A DNA stretch of 38,191 nt from Octopus bimaculoides (lineage: Eukaryota). The stretch's first letter is position 1; each line of letters opens with the position of its first letter. The position numbers and the translations under genes were made by a program. This document shows positions 22,395 through 30,320 of the stretch, one piece after another. The DNA lies in NCBI RefSeq assembly GCF_001194135.2, contig NC_068981.1:132002502-132040692 (forward strand), read 5' to 3'. The notes under the pieces are model-generated. The model made no database searches and was not told the DNA's origin. It saw only the letters and a list, made by a program, of their open reading frames with translations.

Positions 22395-22628
22395 CATATA
22401 TACACACACACACACACACTTTCTTGGTGTTACTTCTCACCCTACACAGCTACAGTGAAAGAAAAAAATATATGTATATTCAGTTATACATGCATATGAA
22501 CACTCACATAATCATTTGAATAACTATTTTTATCTTAGTTAATACTTATACCTGTTTTTTTTTATGCATTTCAGGAAACTTGGCAGATAAGAGGTCGGCT
22601 GGTGAAAGGAATAGAAGCCAATTTATAA
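5505..22628 (+). CDS. PHYH: Phytanoyl-CoA dioxygenase (Fe(II)/2-oxoglutarate dioxygenase), spliced: join(5505..5644,10163..10331,12128..12209,15089..15270,16360..16509,21255..21413,22575..22628), 311 aa
   Basis: Seven segments join in frame across six GT-AG introns (140+169+82+182+150+159+54=936 nt). The translation has PHYH motifs [82 protein letters not shown] and RLVKG. The HQD and FHGSG iron ligands and the 2-oxoglutarate-binding Arg are intact. Confidence 0.96.
5865..6110 (-). repeat. Interspersed repeat with (CAT)n-like end
   Basis: Its start tttaacatccacttttccgtgcttgcatgg recurs in degenerate form near 1450, 16000 and 26875. Similar sequence occurs in the opposite orientation at about 6790-6910. 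Confidence 0.6.
6650..6915 (+). mobile_element. Degenerate tRNA-headed SINE joined to a repeat body
   Basis: Head gctgtgtggtttaagaagtttgcttcc...catggtttgggttcta matches the reverse complement of the heads at about 25120-25167 and 30270-30320. Confidence 0.55.
6977..7096. repeat. Minisatellite, 5 x 24 bp (ATAGCTTCTAAGCAGTATTTGTTA)
   Basis: Five units read directly, starting at 6977, 7001, 7025, 7049 and 7073. Confidence 0.95.
8249..9482 (-). mobile_element. Degenerate Penelope-like retroelement (reverse transcriptase, thumb, GIY-YIG endonuclease), 5'-truncated
   Basis: Minus-strand fragments in the expected order: KDYYASI...RKLLLF...FDVSMGS (RT), [10 protein letters not shown] (thumb), PYHKAL...[12 protein letters not shown] (linker), [15 protein letters not shown]...IVYSV...YIGST (GIY-YIG). 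There are frameshifts and the catalytic YRDD region appears lost. The same strand skew continues to about 7260. Confidence 0.88.
9501..9660. repeat. (TACA)n/(TGCA) microsatellite
   Basis: Read directly; it accounts for the spurious HTYI-repeat ORFs. Confidence 0.95.
9658..9949. repeat. Tandem duplication of 143 bp (9658-9800 and 9807-9949)
   Basis: Two copies with 3 substitutions and a short spacer. Confidence 0.93.
10163..10331 (+). CDS. PHYH: PHYH exon, 169 nt ([10 protein letters not shown]...[19 protein letters not shown])
   Basis: Pyrimidine tract with ag at 10161-10162, donor gt at 10332. Phase matches both neighbours. Not in the ORF track; translated by hand. Confidence 0.93.
12128..12209 (+). 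CDS. PHYH: PHYH exon, 82 nt ([27 protein letters not shown])
   Basis: ctttcag acceptor, gt donor at 12210, highly conserved PHYH motif. Confidence 0.95.
12568..12781 (+). mobile_element. SINE with 17-bp target-site duplication
   Basis: ATTATATCTCTTTTCTT at 12551-12567 and 12782-12798. Body has a tRNA-like head and is homologous to 27343-27520 and, reversed, to about 36920-37010. Confidence 0.9.
13138..13552. mobile_element. Foldback element with 118-bp inverted arms and an internal hammerhead motif
   Basis: 13138-13255 is a near-perfect reverse complement of 13435-13552. An inner inverted pair lies at 13256-13266 / 13382-13392. A 13-bp direct repeat TAATAGGATTTAG occurs at 13127-13139 and 13608-13620. 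Confidence 0.85.
13302..13344 (-). ncRNA. Minimal type-I hammerhead ribozyme motif (degenerate)
   Basis: Minus strand reads TCCAGC CTGATGA CGAG CAAAGA CTCA GAAA CATGT C TCTGGA. It has a full core, stem I TCCAG/CTGGA, stem II GAG/CTC, palindromic stem III ACATGT and a GUC cleavage triplet. Two closing pairs are mismatched. Confidence 0.72.
13950..14958 (+). mobile_element. Degenerate mariner transposase with right end
   Basis: Hand translation with stops and frameshifts gives [42 protein letters not shown]...IQLELLP.NKTI, HRDNA.PH, NYHLF.SLQN. It ends in the mariner-like terminus acctaata. Confidence 0.88.
15089..15270 (+). CDS. PHYH: PHYH exon, 182 nt, containing the HQD iron-binding motif
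   Basis: ttccag acceptor, gtaggc donor. Translation includes [25 protein letters not shown] and YPNWE. Confidence 0.97.
16360..16509 (+). CDS. PHYH: PHYH exon, 150 nt, containing the distal His and 2-oxoglutarate-binding Arg
   Basis: accag acceptor, gtacag donor. Translation [11 protein letters not shown]...[24 protein letters not shown]. Confidence 0.97.
17040..20140 (-). mobile_element. Degenerate CRE-clade non-LTR retrotransposon (RT plus restriction-like endonuclease), near full length with an internal deletion
   Basis: Minus-strand motifs in order: Pro-rich repeats, Cys/His cluster [36 protein letters not shown]...[53 protein letters not shown] and HGNVMNV. Spans the 128-N gap. The 5' boundary is approximate. 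Confidence 0.85.
19772..19899. other. Assembly gap (128 N) flanked by poly-G
   Basis: Read directly. Confidence 0.99.
20690..21072 (+). mobile_element. tRNA-derived SINE with (CAA)n tail and 13-bp target-site duplication
   Basis: A-box TGGCCCAGTGG and B-box-like GGTTTCAATTCC. GTATTACATATGT at 20677-20689 and 21073-21085. A second copy lies at 33678-34022. Confidence 0.92.
21255..21413 (+). CDS. PHYH: PHYH exon, 159 nt ([27 protein letters not shown]...EVSIQ)
   Basis: ttcttgacag acceptor, gtacac donor. Matches human [27 protein letters not shown] as recalled. Confidence 0.93.
21505..21866 (-). mobile_element. 3' end of a Penelope-like element (GIY-YIG C-terminus plus pseudo-LTR)
   Basis: Minus strand reads [15 protein letters not shown], then after a frameshift [33 protein letters not shown] and a stop, typical of Penelope endonuclease C-termini. 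A hammerhead motif follows downstream. Confidence 0.82.
21547..21590 (-). ncRNA. Minimal type-I hammerhead ribozyme motif in the Penelope 3' end
   Basis: Minus strand reads ACAC CTGATGA A GGCTG GAGGATATAT CATCC GAAA CG T T GTGT. Stem I ACAC/GTGT, stem II 4 of 5 bp, palindromic stem III ACGT, GUU triplet. Confidence 0.78.
21867..22316 (+). mobile_element. Tc1-like transposase C-terminal fragment with right end
   Basis: [17 protein letters not shown] and HLIWPPQ, then after a frameshift DLNIIEHLW and [17 protein letters not shown]. It ends ...ttttgacaaactcctg next to a dinucleotide microsatellite. Confidence 0.88.
22315..22420. repeat. (TG)n(TA)n(CA)n compound microsatellite
   Basis: Read directly. 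Confidence 0.95.
22575..22628 (+). CDS. PHYH: PHYH terminal exon ([17 protein letters not shown])
   Basis: tttcag acceptor, TAA at 22626-22628. Matches human DIWMFRARLVKGERTNL* in length and motif as recalled. Confidence 0.93.
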   Translation, partial: ETWQIRGRLVKGIEANL

Positions 22629-22697
22629 CTGAATTAATGAAGTTGACATTTTGTGATTTTTTGAAATATTCTTTAGAGAATACTAACAAATAATTTT

Positions 22698-22703
22698 AAT
22701 AAA
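22698..22703 (+). promoter_or_regulatory. Candidate polyadenylation signal AATAAA of PHYH
   Basis: AATAAA 70 nt after the stop codon, followed by a T/GT-rich tract. AT-rich DNA makes chance matches common. Confidence 0.5.
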
Positions 22704-22773
22704 AGTTAATTTTTGTTTTGTTGACCTAAACTAAAAAAAAATTTTGATTATTGAAATATTCGATATTTTATAA

Positions 22774-22964
22774 AGGTGCTACTTGTGATCCACCACAGCA
22801 TCCATAGTGTACACTGTCAAGTGACCAAATTTGGGTTAGGAATAGGGTTAAGGATAGGGTTAAAGTTAGGGTTGGCTTTAAGGTTTGGGTTCAAGTTAAG
22901 GTTAGGGTTTAATTACATGCTAAAATGTAAACAGCCAGGCAGACTACACACTAAAGTGGCACCT
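22774..22964. mobile_element. Short element with degenerate TTAGGG-like repeats and 10-bp inverted termini
   Basis: AGGTGCTACT at 22774 and AGTGGCACCT ending 22964 (9/10 inverted match). Internal gggtta/aggtta hexamers at about 22835-22910. No matching target-site duplication seen. Confidence 0.55.
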
Positions 22965-24477
22965 AGTATTTTGATTTTGAAGTTATAGCTATGTTTGTAT
23001 TATTTTTTTTTTACAATTTGATTTTTAAAAATAGTAATTGTTTAACTAACAATTAGTTATATAAAGTTCTCACTGAAAAATTAAAGATGATTTATTTTGT
23101 TGAATTGTGAAATAAAAGGTGGAGGGGAAGAGTGTTTATTTGTGAATTGATGGTAAATATTCTATTGAATAAATAACCAGAAGTTTAATCTTTTATCATT
23201 CACATTATTCTGTTAAAAGTAATGCTTATTTATTCACATTGCTTTGAATTAATCATGCATTATTTTGTAACTGTGAGATTTTGTATGAGGCAACTGTTAA
23301 TTTTTAGAATGATATTGTAAGGTTGGTAAGCCATATCTGACCAGTTTGAACATAAAACAGATAGAATATTTTGGTTAGATATGGCCAGTTTGAATGCTAA
23401 AGAGTTAAGTATTCTAATTAATCTCTAAAACACCCACCAGCATGATTAACCCCATGACAACAGTTTGCACTGACAGTAATCATCATGACGGCCAAGATCA
23501 GCAATTAGCACACGACAAAGGTTCAGTGTATATTTACGTTAACCACTTTAAAGCATGCATTGTTTATTTATGTAAACTGTCATCACTGGGTAGAACACTC
23601 ATGCGGTATTACTGTGAAAATAAGATTACTCAATAGCGTGAGAAGAATTTGCTGAATGTGTACAAATTTGATGGGAAGTCATAGTGGAAATGGTGGTGCA
23701 ACCACCAAAATTGCTGCTTTTATACTATTATGGTGATGAAGTCTCGAACCGAGTTGGAAATATTTACATGAAGAGCCTAACAAACCTATCAGATTCCTTG
23801 AAATTTGCATGGTGGCCTCTATTATAGATTCCATGAGTGATAGCTGATATTTATATCAACCAGTATACAAACAGGTACAAAACTGCAGCAGATATGGCTG
23901 TGTATATTTTCGTCATCTGATTCAAAGTGAGTACACAGCGCACGTAAACACAGTATCAACTGATATTATAGGGTTAAATACAAAACACACTGATATTTTT
24001 AATACAGATTACTTTTGTATTTTGTTGTTTGGTAATAGTTTTATAAATTTTTGTTATAGCTTTTTAAGTTAGTGATTAAAATGCTATCAAAATAATTTGG
24101 GAAATAAATCATTGAGTTCCATGTAATTGATAATGTTTATTTCATTGATTATCTGAGAATATTATTGAATATATGTACATGTTGAATACATATTTTATAC
24201 AATTTTGTACCTTAGACTTCATATTTCTTGCTAATAGAATCATTATACTTCATTGATACAGCATTTCCAGAATTGTCTCCCATACATCGTGACCAACTAT
24301 AGGTGTAATGGTATATAAATAAATGTATTCAGACTAATAATCTTACCTTGGTTGTTATAGTCACATTTTAGGTTATCAATAAGTTTAAAGGTCCTAATTT
24401 TCACCACTTCATTTTCCTAAAAGACTGTGCTAGTGAATAAAAGTAGTCAGTCAGACTATACCTGCCTGCCTCTCTTT

Positions 24478-24483
<6 letters not shown>

Positions 24484-24534
<51 letters not shown>
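24484..24534. repeat. (TA)n microsatellite
   Basis: Read directly. Confidence 0.97.
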
Positions 24535-24537
<3 letters not shown>

Positions 24538-24671
24538 TTCAGTCAATTCAAGGATGTCTTATCCTCTTAGGGGTGTAAAATATCCAAAACTTTCACTGGT
24601 TTAATCCACAATTCTTTCAAAGGAAGTCTCCACAATGTGCATGGGATTTTTGTAAGCATTATTCAATAAAA

Positions 24672-24840
24672 GTTGACAAAATGGAGAGTTGGCAAATATG
24701 TAAATTAATTTATTAACATAGTTCTAAGTTAAAAACTGAATACAAATAAATTCAAATTGAATGTATTTGTATTCAGTTTTTCTCTTGGAATTTTGTTAAT
24801 AAATTACGTTACATCTTTACCAACTCTCCACTTTCTCAAC
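24672..24840. repeat. Foldback palindrome with 84-bp arms and 1-nt spacer
   Basis: 24672-24755 versus reverse complement of 24757-24840: 12 mismatches, no indels by hand alignment. Confidence 0.9.
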
Positions 24841-24856
24841 ATGTGTGTATATATAT

Positions 24857-25167
24857 TCTTTTACTTGTTTCAGTCATTTGATTACGGCCTTGCTGGAACA
24901 CTGCCGTGAATGGTCTTAGACCCCAGGACTTATTTTTTAAGTCTAATACTTATTCTATCAGTCTCTTTACCAAGTCACTAAGTTACAAGTGCATAAGCAC
25001 ACCAACACCGGTTGTCAAGTGGTGATTAGGGGACAAACATGGATACACACATATAGTCCAAGACTTTGGTAGAAAGCATTTACCCAAGTTGATACACAGT
25101 GGAGCTGAACCTGGAACCATGTGGTTGAGAAACGAGCTCCTTACCACACCGCCACGCCTACGCCTAT
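24857..25167 (-). mobile_element. tRNA-headed SINE
   Basis: Minus-strand head ggcgtggcggtgtggtaaggagctcg...ggttccaggttcagctccact. Body is shared with 29860-30320. Confidence 0.75.
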
Positions 25168-25254
25168 ATATATATTTACATATCTGTGTGTGTGTGTGTA
25201 AAAGTGAGGTTGTGTGTAAATCCACATAACTTCTGAAGTTCACAACTGATTTTC

Positions 25255-26080
25255 TCTAAACTGGGAACATACATTACTTAAGTTCCAGAGATGGTTTTAG
25301 ACTCTTAAAATCTTTCACATAATTAGTATCAGGCCCTCTGAGAGCAGAAAACACCCTTTCCTGGGTTATGTGGAGAAGGGAGGTAACTCTTCGGGAAGTA
25401 ACTTTCAGAAATTGATTGTCTCCCTTATATCACAGTCTCAATTGGCTGTGTGAAAGAGCAATACTGGCTCCAAAAAACAGCACTGTAAGTAAAATCAATG
25501 AGTAACTGCTGCAGTAGCTTCCAGGAAGTCCTCATATCTATAAACCAGCTGATATAATCCCAGATCCAGAAGAGATGGTATATTATCCAACAGAATCTTT
25601 CAGTTCATTGAACCTCCGAGACTACCTCCCCACAGATTGGAGCTAAAAGTGGGAACTCCGGTAATGTTATTGAAGTATTTGGATCCACCAACACTTTGCA
25701 CTGGGACACGCCTGGTGGTAAAGAAGATGAGGCCACCAATCTCTCTGGATGTGGAAAAGGAGAGGATGTTTTCATACCCAGAATTCCTCTCATTCCATTA
25801 GGAGCAGAAATTCCTTTTTCATTCAGAAGAATGCAATTTCCTATTTGTATCAGCTTTGCAATATCTATCAATAATCCCAGGGTCAAACACTGTCTGTGGT
25901 AAAACTTCACTTGGAAGAGTCATGTTATTCACATGAGCAATTAAATGTCGGCTGCTCTAGAGTGGGAAACAAAAAAACTCTATTTACATTTGTTCCACAA
26001 GGGAAAACAAAAAATATTGTTTACCAGGAGGTTTTGTAGGAATTACTACATCCAGCGATGTGCTCCAGTATCCACTGCTC
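25255..26080 (+). mobile_element. Helitron Pif1-helicase C-terminal fragment, degenerate
   Basis: WLCERAILAPKN, YYPTE, LELKVGTPVMLLKYLDPPTLCTGTRLVVKK, GCGKGEDVFIPRIPLIP, QFPICISFAISIN, GQTLSV, SRVG and GKTKNIVYQEVL*, followed by a short GC-rich remnant that may be the 3' hairpin. Confidence 0.92.
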
Positions 26081-26294
26081 TTTGTGAAAGGTAAAGATGG
26101 ATAACATTTTGGCACAATACTAACAAACCCAAAGACCCAGCAAGCCAAGTGAGACCATAACCATGACCTATGCCAATTTCACATAACCAGCCCATTTAAG
26201 AGCACCCTTCAATCATTGGGCAATAAACTGCACTTGCGAAGACCTGTTGAAGCAAATAAAGTCATTGTTGTGGCCAATGACAGTATCACCTGAT

Positions 26295-26550
26295 TGGCAC
26301 CCATGCACGTAAATAGCACCATTTGAGCATGGTCGTTGCCAGTGCTGCCTGACTGGCCCCCATACTGGTGGCATATAACAAGCACCCACTACACTCTCAG
26401 AGTGGTTGGAATTAGGAAGGGCATCCAGCTGTAGAAACATTGCCATATCAGATTGGAGCTTAGTGCAGCCTTCTGGCTTACCAGCACTCAGTCAAACCGT
26501 CCAACCCGTGCCAGCATGGAAAGCAGACGTTAAACGACGATGATGATGAT
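26295..26550 (+). mobile_element. (GAT)n-tailed SINE/LINE-tail repeat
   Basis: Reverse-complement homolog of 2305-2660, ending acgttaaacgacgatgatgatgat. Confidence 0.75.
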
Positions 26551-26551
26551 G

Positions 26552-26753
26552 GTGAAGTTAATCAAATATTAAATTCATATTTCTGAGCATAATCTCTTCA
26601 GAGGGAAAAGAATATACCCCTAGATGTTATGTATGTTTGTAAATTCATCACTATGATGATTTTACAAACAAGCATACATAACATCTAGGGATATATTTTT
26701 TCCCTCTGAAGAGAATGCTCAGAAATATGAATTTAATATTTCATTAACTTCAC
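26552..26753. repeat. Foldback palindrome with about 99-bp arms and 3-nt spacer (MITE-like)
   Basis: 26552-26650 versus reverse complement of 26654-26753 is near-identical with small indels; spacer CTA. Confidence 0.92.
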
Positions 26754-27342
26754 TGTGTATAATTGAAACAGCTCTAAGGGATAATGATTGATTTGTTGCT
26801 GATAATAAACTCTTATTAACGTGTGTGTATACATACATACATACATACATACATGCATGCATTCATATCATCTTCATTTAACATCAATTTTCCATGCAAT
26901 CAACAGGATTCATCAACCTGCAGAGCCACTTTGAGTGCCAATGTCATCTTTGCCATTTTCATGTCACCAGCATTAGTGAGGTTGCCAAGCAACTTGCAAG
27001 GCAAGGGAGGAATAGGAAGAAGGAAAAGGCTTCCTCAACTAACTGGGGCTGGTGTAATATTTGAGAGTTGGAAGAGGGTGTGATTGTTCTATGTAAGGTG
27101 GTGAGAGGTGGTGAAGAGACAGACATGGGAAATGCAGGGAAGAAGTATTAATCAAACTTGTTAAACTCATCCTGGCTATGTATGTGTGTTGTCTTGTATC
27201 AAGTAAATGAGCTAAAGAAAACCAGCAAGTCTGAACAAAATTTTCATTTAGTTAATATGTGCACATCACATCTTCTGGATGAGCTCAGTTCACATCACCA
27301 CTGATGTGATTTGAGGTCATCAATTATACTTTTAGCTGAAAC

Positions 27343-27520
27343 AGGCAGTGAGAGCTGGCTGAATCGTTAGCAAACTGGGCAAAATGCTTAGTGGTATTTC
27401 GTCCATCCTTAGATTCCCAGTTCAAATTTTGCCAAGGTCAACTTTGCCTTTCATCCTTTCAGGATCAATAAAATATATTCCAATTGAGAACTGGGGTCAA
27501 TATAATTGACTTAACTACTC
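27343..27520 (+). mobile_element. SINE of the same family as 12568-12781, more diverged
   Basis: Shared gcaaaatgcttag...gtcaactttgcctttcatcctt...actggggtcaat segments. Confidence 0.8.
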
Positions 27521-28249
27521 CTGGGTAAGAGTACAAGAACTGCATCCTCTGCCAAGCCATGTCGAGCCAGTGTGACAGGGTAGGCTCATCAAACCAGAAT
27601 GACAATCCAATCCAAAAGCTAAGATTCGGTTTACTAAACTTCAGATTCACTCATAGTAAATCTAAATATGATTTGTGTTTCTTTTATTTATGTATTATCT
27701 ATGTTCACAACTAGAAAATTGATCTTTTGTATTTTCCCACCTCTTTTAACCAACTGAAAGATTTAACTTCACCTTTCTGAATAACTCTCAGATAATTTAT
27801 CCTCTTCGCTTCAAATATAAAGAAACATTGAGAAGTCATTCAGGACTTGCACTCAACTTCTATCAGGCACTGCAACAGATAAAATTACTTTCTATAGTTC
27901 TTTGCTAAGAGCTGAAAAGTCAAAACTCATTCACCACTAATGCCACTGCAATGGACAACAGCAGCAGGTATAGCTAGTGACTGTCAAAATAGTAGCAGAT
28001 TAGTCCTGTGTCCAGCTAGCCTATCACAGCACATAAATACTTTGACCCAGCTACACTGTCATCATTGTCATGCAAGCATACACATACTTTTCACAATCAA
28101 GCATTCTCATCTAAACTGCCAAACACACTTACACACCTGAATTGGTAATGATTCAGAATGGAAAATCATGTAATGTTCATAAATAAGTATTTTCTTATAC
28201 AACAAATGCTTTGTCTACATTTGTTCTCACATTTGTTTATACTTCTTTA

Positions 28250-29660
28250 CACGAGTGACTCATCACCAAAAACTATAATGTTACAGGATCTTTCAACATC
28301 ATTCACACTTTCTCAAGCATCCCACTCAGGGTTTATCTGTCCTGGACTTGCATCCCTACAGCAACTCCCCGTTAACAGCTCTCTTAGTCCAAAATCACCA
28401 GATTTTTCTGGGGTTTAACCTTGAAGCTTCATCAGTTGATGACTTTGCAGAGTGGGTGTCCTGCAAAATCTCCAACAGCCCATTCTGCAGGCTTAAAGTG
28501 TACCTTTTAGTCTTTGTCTTAATACATCTCTGTGGTATGACGTCAGTGTCTGGGGAGGCTGACCGGAAGGGCGAGTTGACCGGAAGGGGAAAAAGGGCAG
28601 AGGGAGCCTCGATCGGGATTCGTGCCCTTTTCGAACGGGGCTGCGGTCAGGACAAGACGTGTTAAGCGACGCTCTAGGTTTGGGAAGGTTTGGGAGAAGC
28701 AGCTGCTATTCCTGGTGTACTTTGGGTCGGGGCAAGCTTCAAGGATCGGATACCGCAAGACGGACTCGCAGTCGAGGAAAGGAAAACCGAGGTAAGGCGA
28801 TTACATCTACTCGTACGCACACACCACAAGTTCCTGATACTTTGCACATTTTCTTTTAGTTTCTAAAGCACTGTATGCTCCTGTATGATCACTTGTTTTG
28901 TCACCTCAAAAATAATCATGTCTAGCTGTAGTGAAACATTAGATGTCTGCTCAGATCTGTATGCAACTACCATTCATAAGCTATGTAGAAGCCCATTCTT
29001 ATTTTTAGAGTTTGTCTATGGCTTTAACAAATAGAATTATCTTCTTTAGTCTATGGTGGCATTTACTTGTGCTGAGAGTAATATTTATTGTTCTTAAGAA
29101 CTGCCTTGAGCACCCACTCATGGCGCCAATGATAGCTGCCTTCTCTAAAGGCCTTGGGCCTTTAGTGAAGACAGGGATTCTCTTTCTGAGGAAAGTTGGC
29201 AGGAAGGTATCTTACTTTTGCTGAAGATGTGAAGGTTAACTAGGCTTTACAGGATATTGTACACAGCTTAGACAAAGAACTGAATGTGATGGAAGTTCAC
29301 TAGCATGATCTTTGACCAAGTAATCCTGTGCTGCAGCATGCTCTCTCACCTGCAACCCTGCTTCCTAAACCCCATTGTTCTACTCATTGCAAGGATCTCT
29401 TCCTGGAAAAGATGAGCCTCTCTTTACCAACCTGTGAAATATCTCAAACATACTCTATCAGCTGCCTTGACACCTACCAACTTCTATTGCTTTAGTCTTG
29501 TCTCTACTACATTCCCTAATCCCTGTTTCATCCAGTTCTTATCTTGATGCCAGTTGATAACACCTGGTCTCTGAGGTGTCTGTATTGCAGGACTTACCTT
29601 GTTCATGCTACAATAAACTCTTCAGTGAGGGCCACCAAATGGTACAATGCTGCACTTCTG
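28250..29660 (-). mobile_element. Degenerate 3' half of a restriction-endonuclease non-LTR retrotransposon (HERO/NeSL-like)
   Basis: Hand translation of the minus strand gives ITWSKIMLVNFHHIQFFV*AVYNIL, AMSGC, KYYSQH, LDMIIFEVTKQVIIQEHTVL, KYQELRC and AVGDFAG, matching the linker, zinc-knuckle and PD-(D/E)xK layout. Many stops; boundaries approximate. Confidence 0.65.
28531..28828. mobile_element. 298-bp GC/CpG-rich insert with TGTGGT...ACCACA termini (solo-LTR-like)
   Basis: Perfect 6-bp inverted termini with TG..CA ends and an abrupt GC/CpG rise. It interrupts the HERO-like reading at KYQEL|RC. No target-site duplication is visible. Confidence 0.6.
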
Positions 29661-29859
29661 AGGCTAAAGGAAACCAATACCACTAATAGACAAAATTCAA
29701 AAGACTATTAGTTTTTAAAATAATATATGTAACAATGATAAATTTACAATGATTATGTCATTGAAAAATCTGTATAGAATGTATGACAAATAGGTGAAGT
29801 AACAGGAAGTAGTTAATGATAATCTAAGACTAAAATTCTTGATGGCCCCACTACAACCA

Positions 29860-30320
29860 CAGCCCTTGAAGGGTTGGATTTAGTGAAACAACTAGACTCC
29901 AGTACTTATTTTTTTAAGACTGGGTGCTTAGCCTATCAGTCTCTTTTTGCTGAACCACTAAGTTATGGGGACAGAAACAAACCAACAAACAAACAAGCAT
30001 CAGTTGTCAAGCAGTGGTAGAGGACAAACACAAAGACACACACATAAATTTATATGTATAAAATATGTACTGGAGTCTAGTTGTTTCACTAAACCTGTCA
30101 AGGTGGTGGCCAAGCATGACCATAATCTAATGACTGAAACAAATTAAAGACATAGAGACACAATGGGCTTCTTTCAGTTTCTATCTACCGAATCCAAAGT
30201 TCACTCACAAGGCTTTGGTTGGCCTGGTGAAAGACACTTGCACAAGGTTTCATACAGTGGAACTGAACCCAAGATTACCTGGTTGAGAAGCAAACTCTTA
30301 ATCACACAGCCATACCTATA
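29860..30320 (-). mobile_element. Composite of SINE fragments
   Basis: Segments homologous to 24857-25167 (ctatcagtctct, gttgtcaagcagtgg, cagtggaactgaaccc). Confidence 0.65.
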
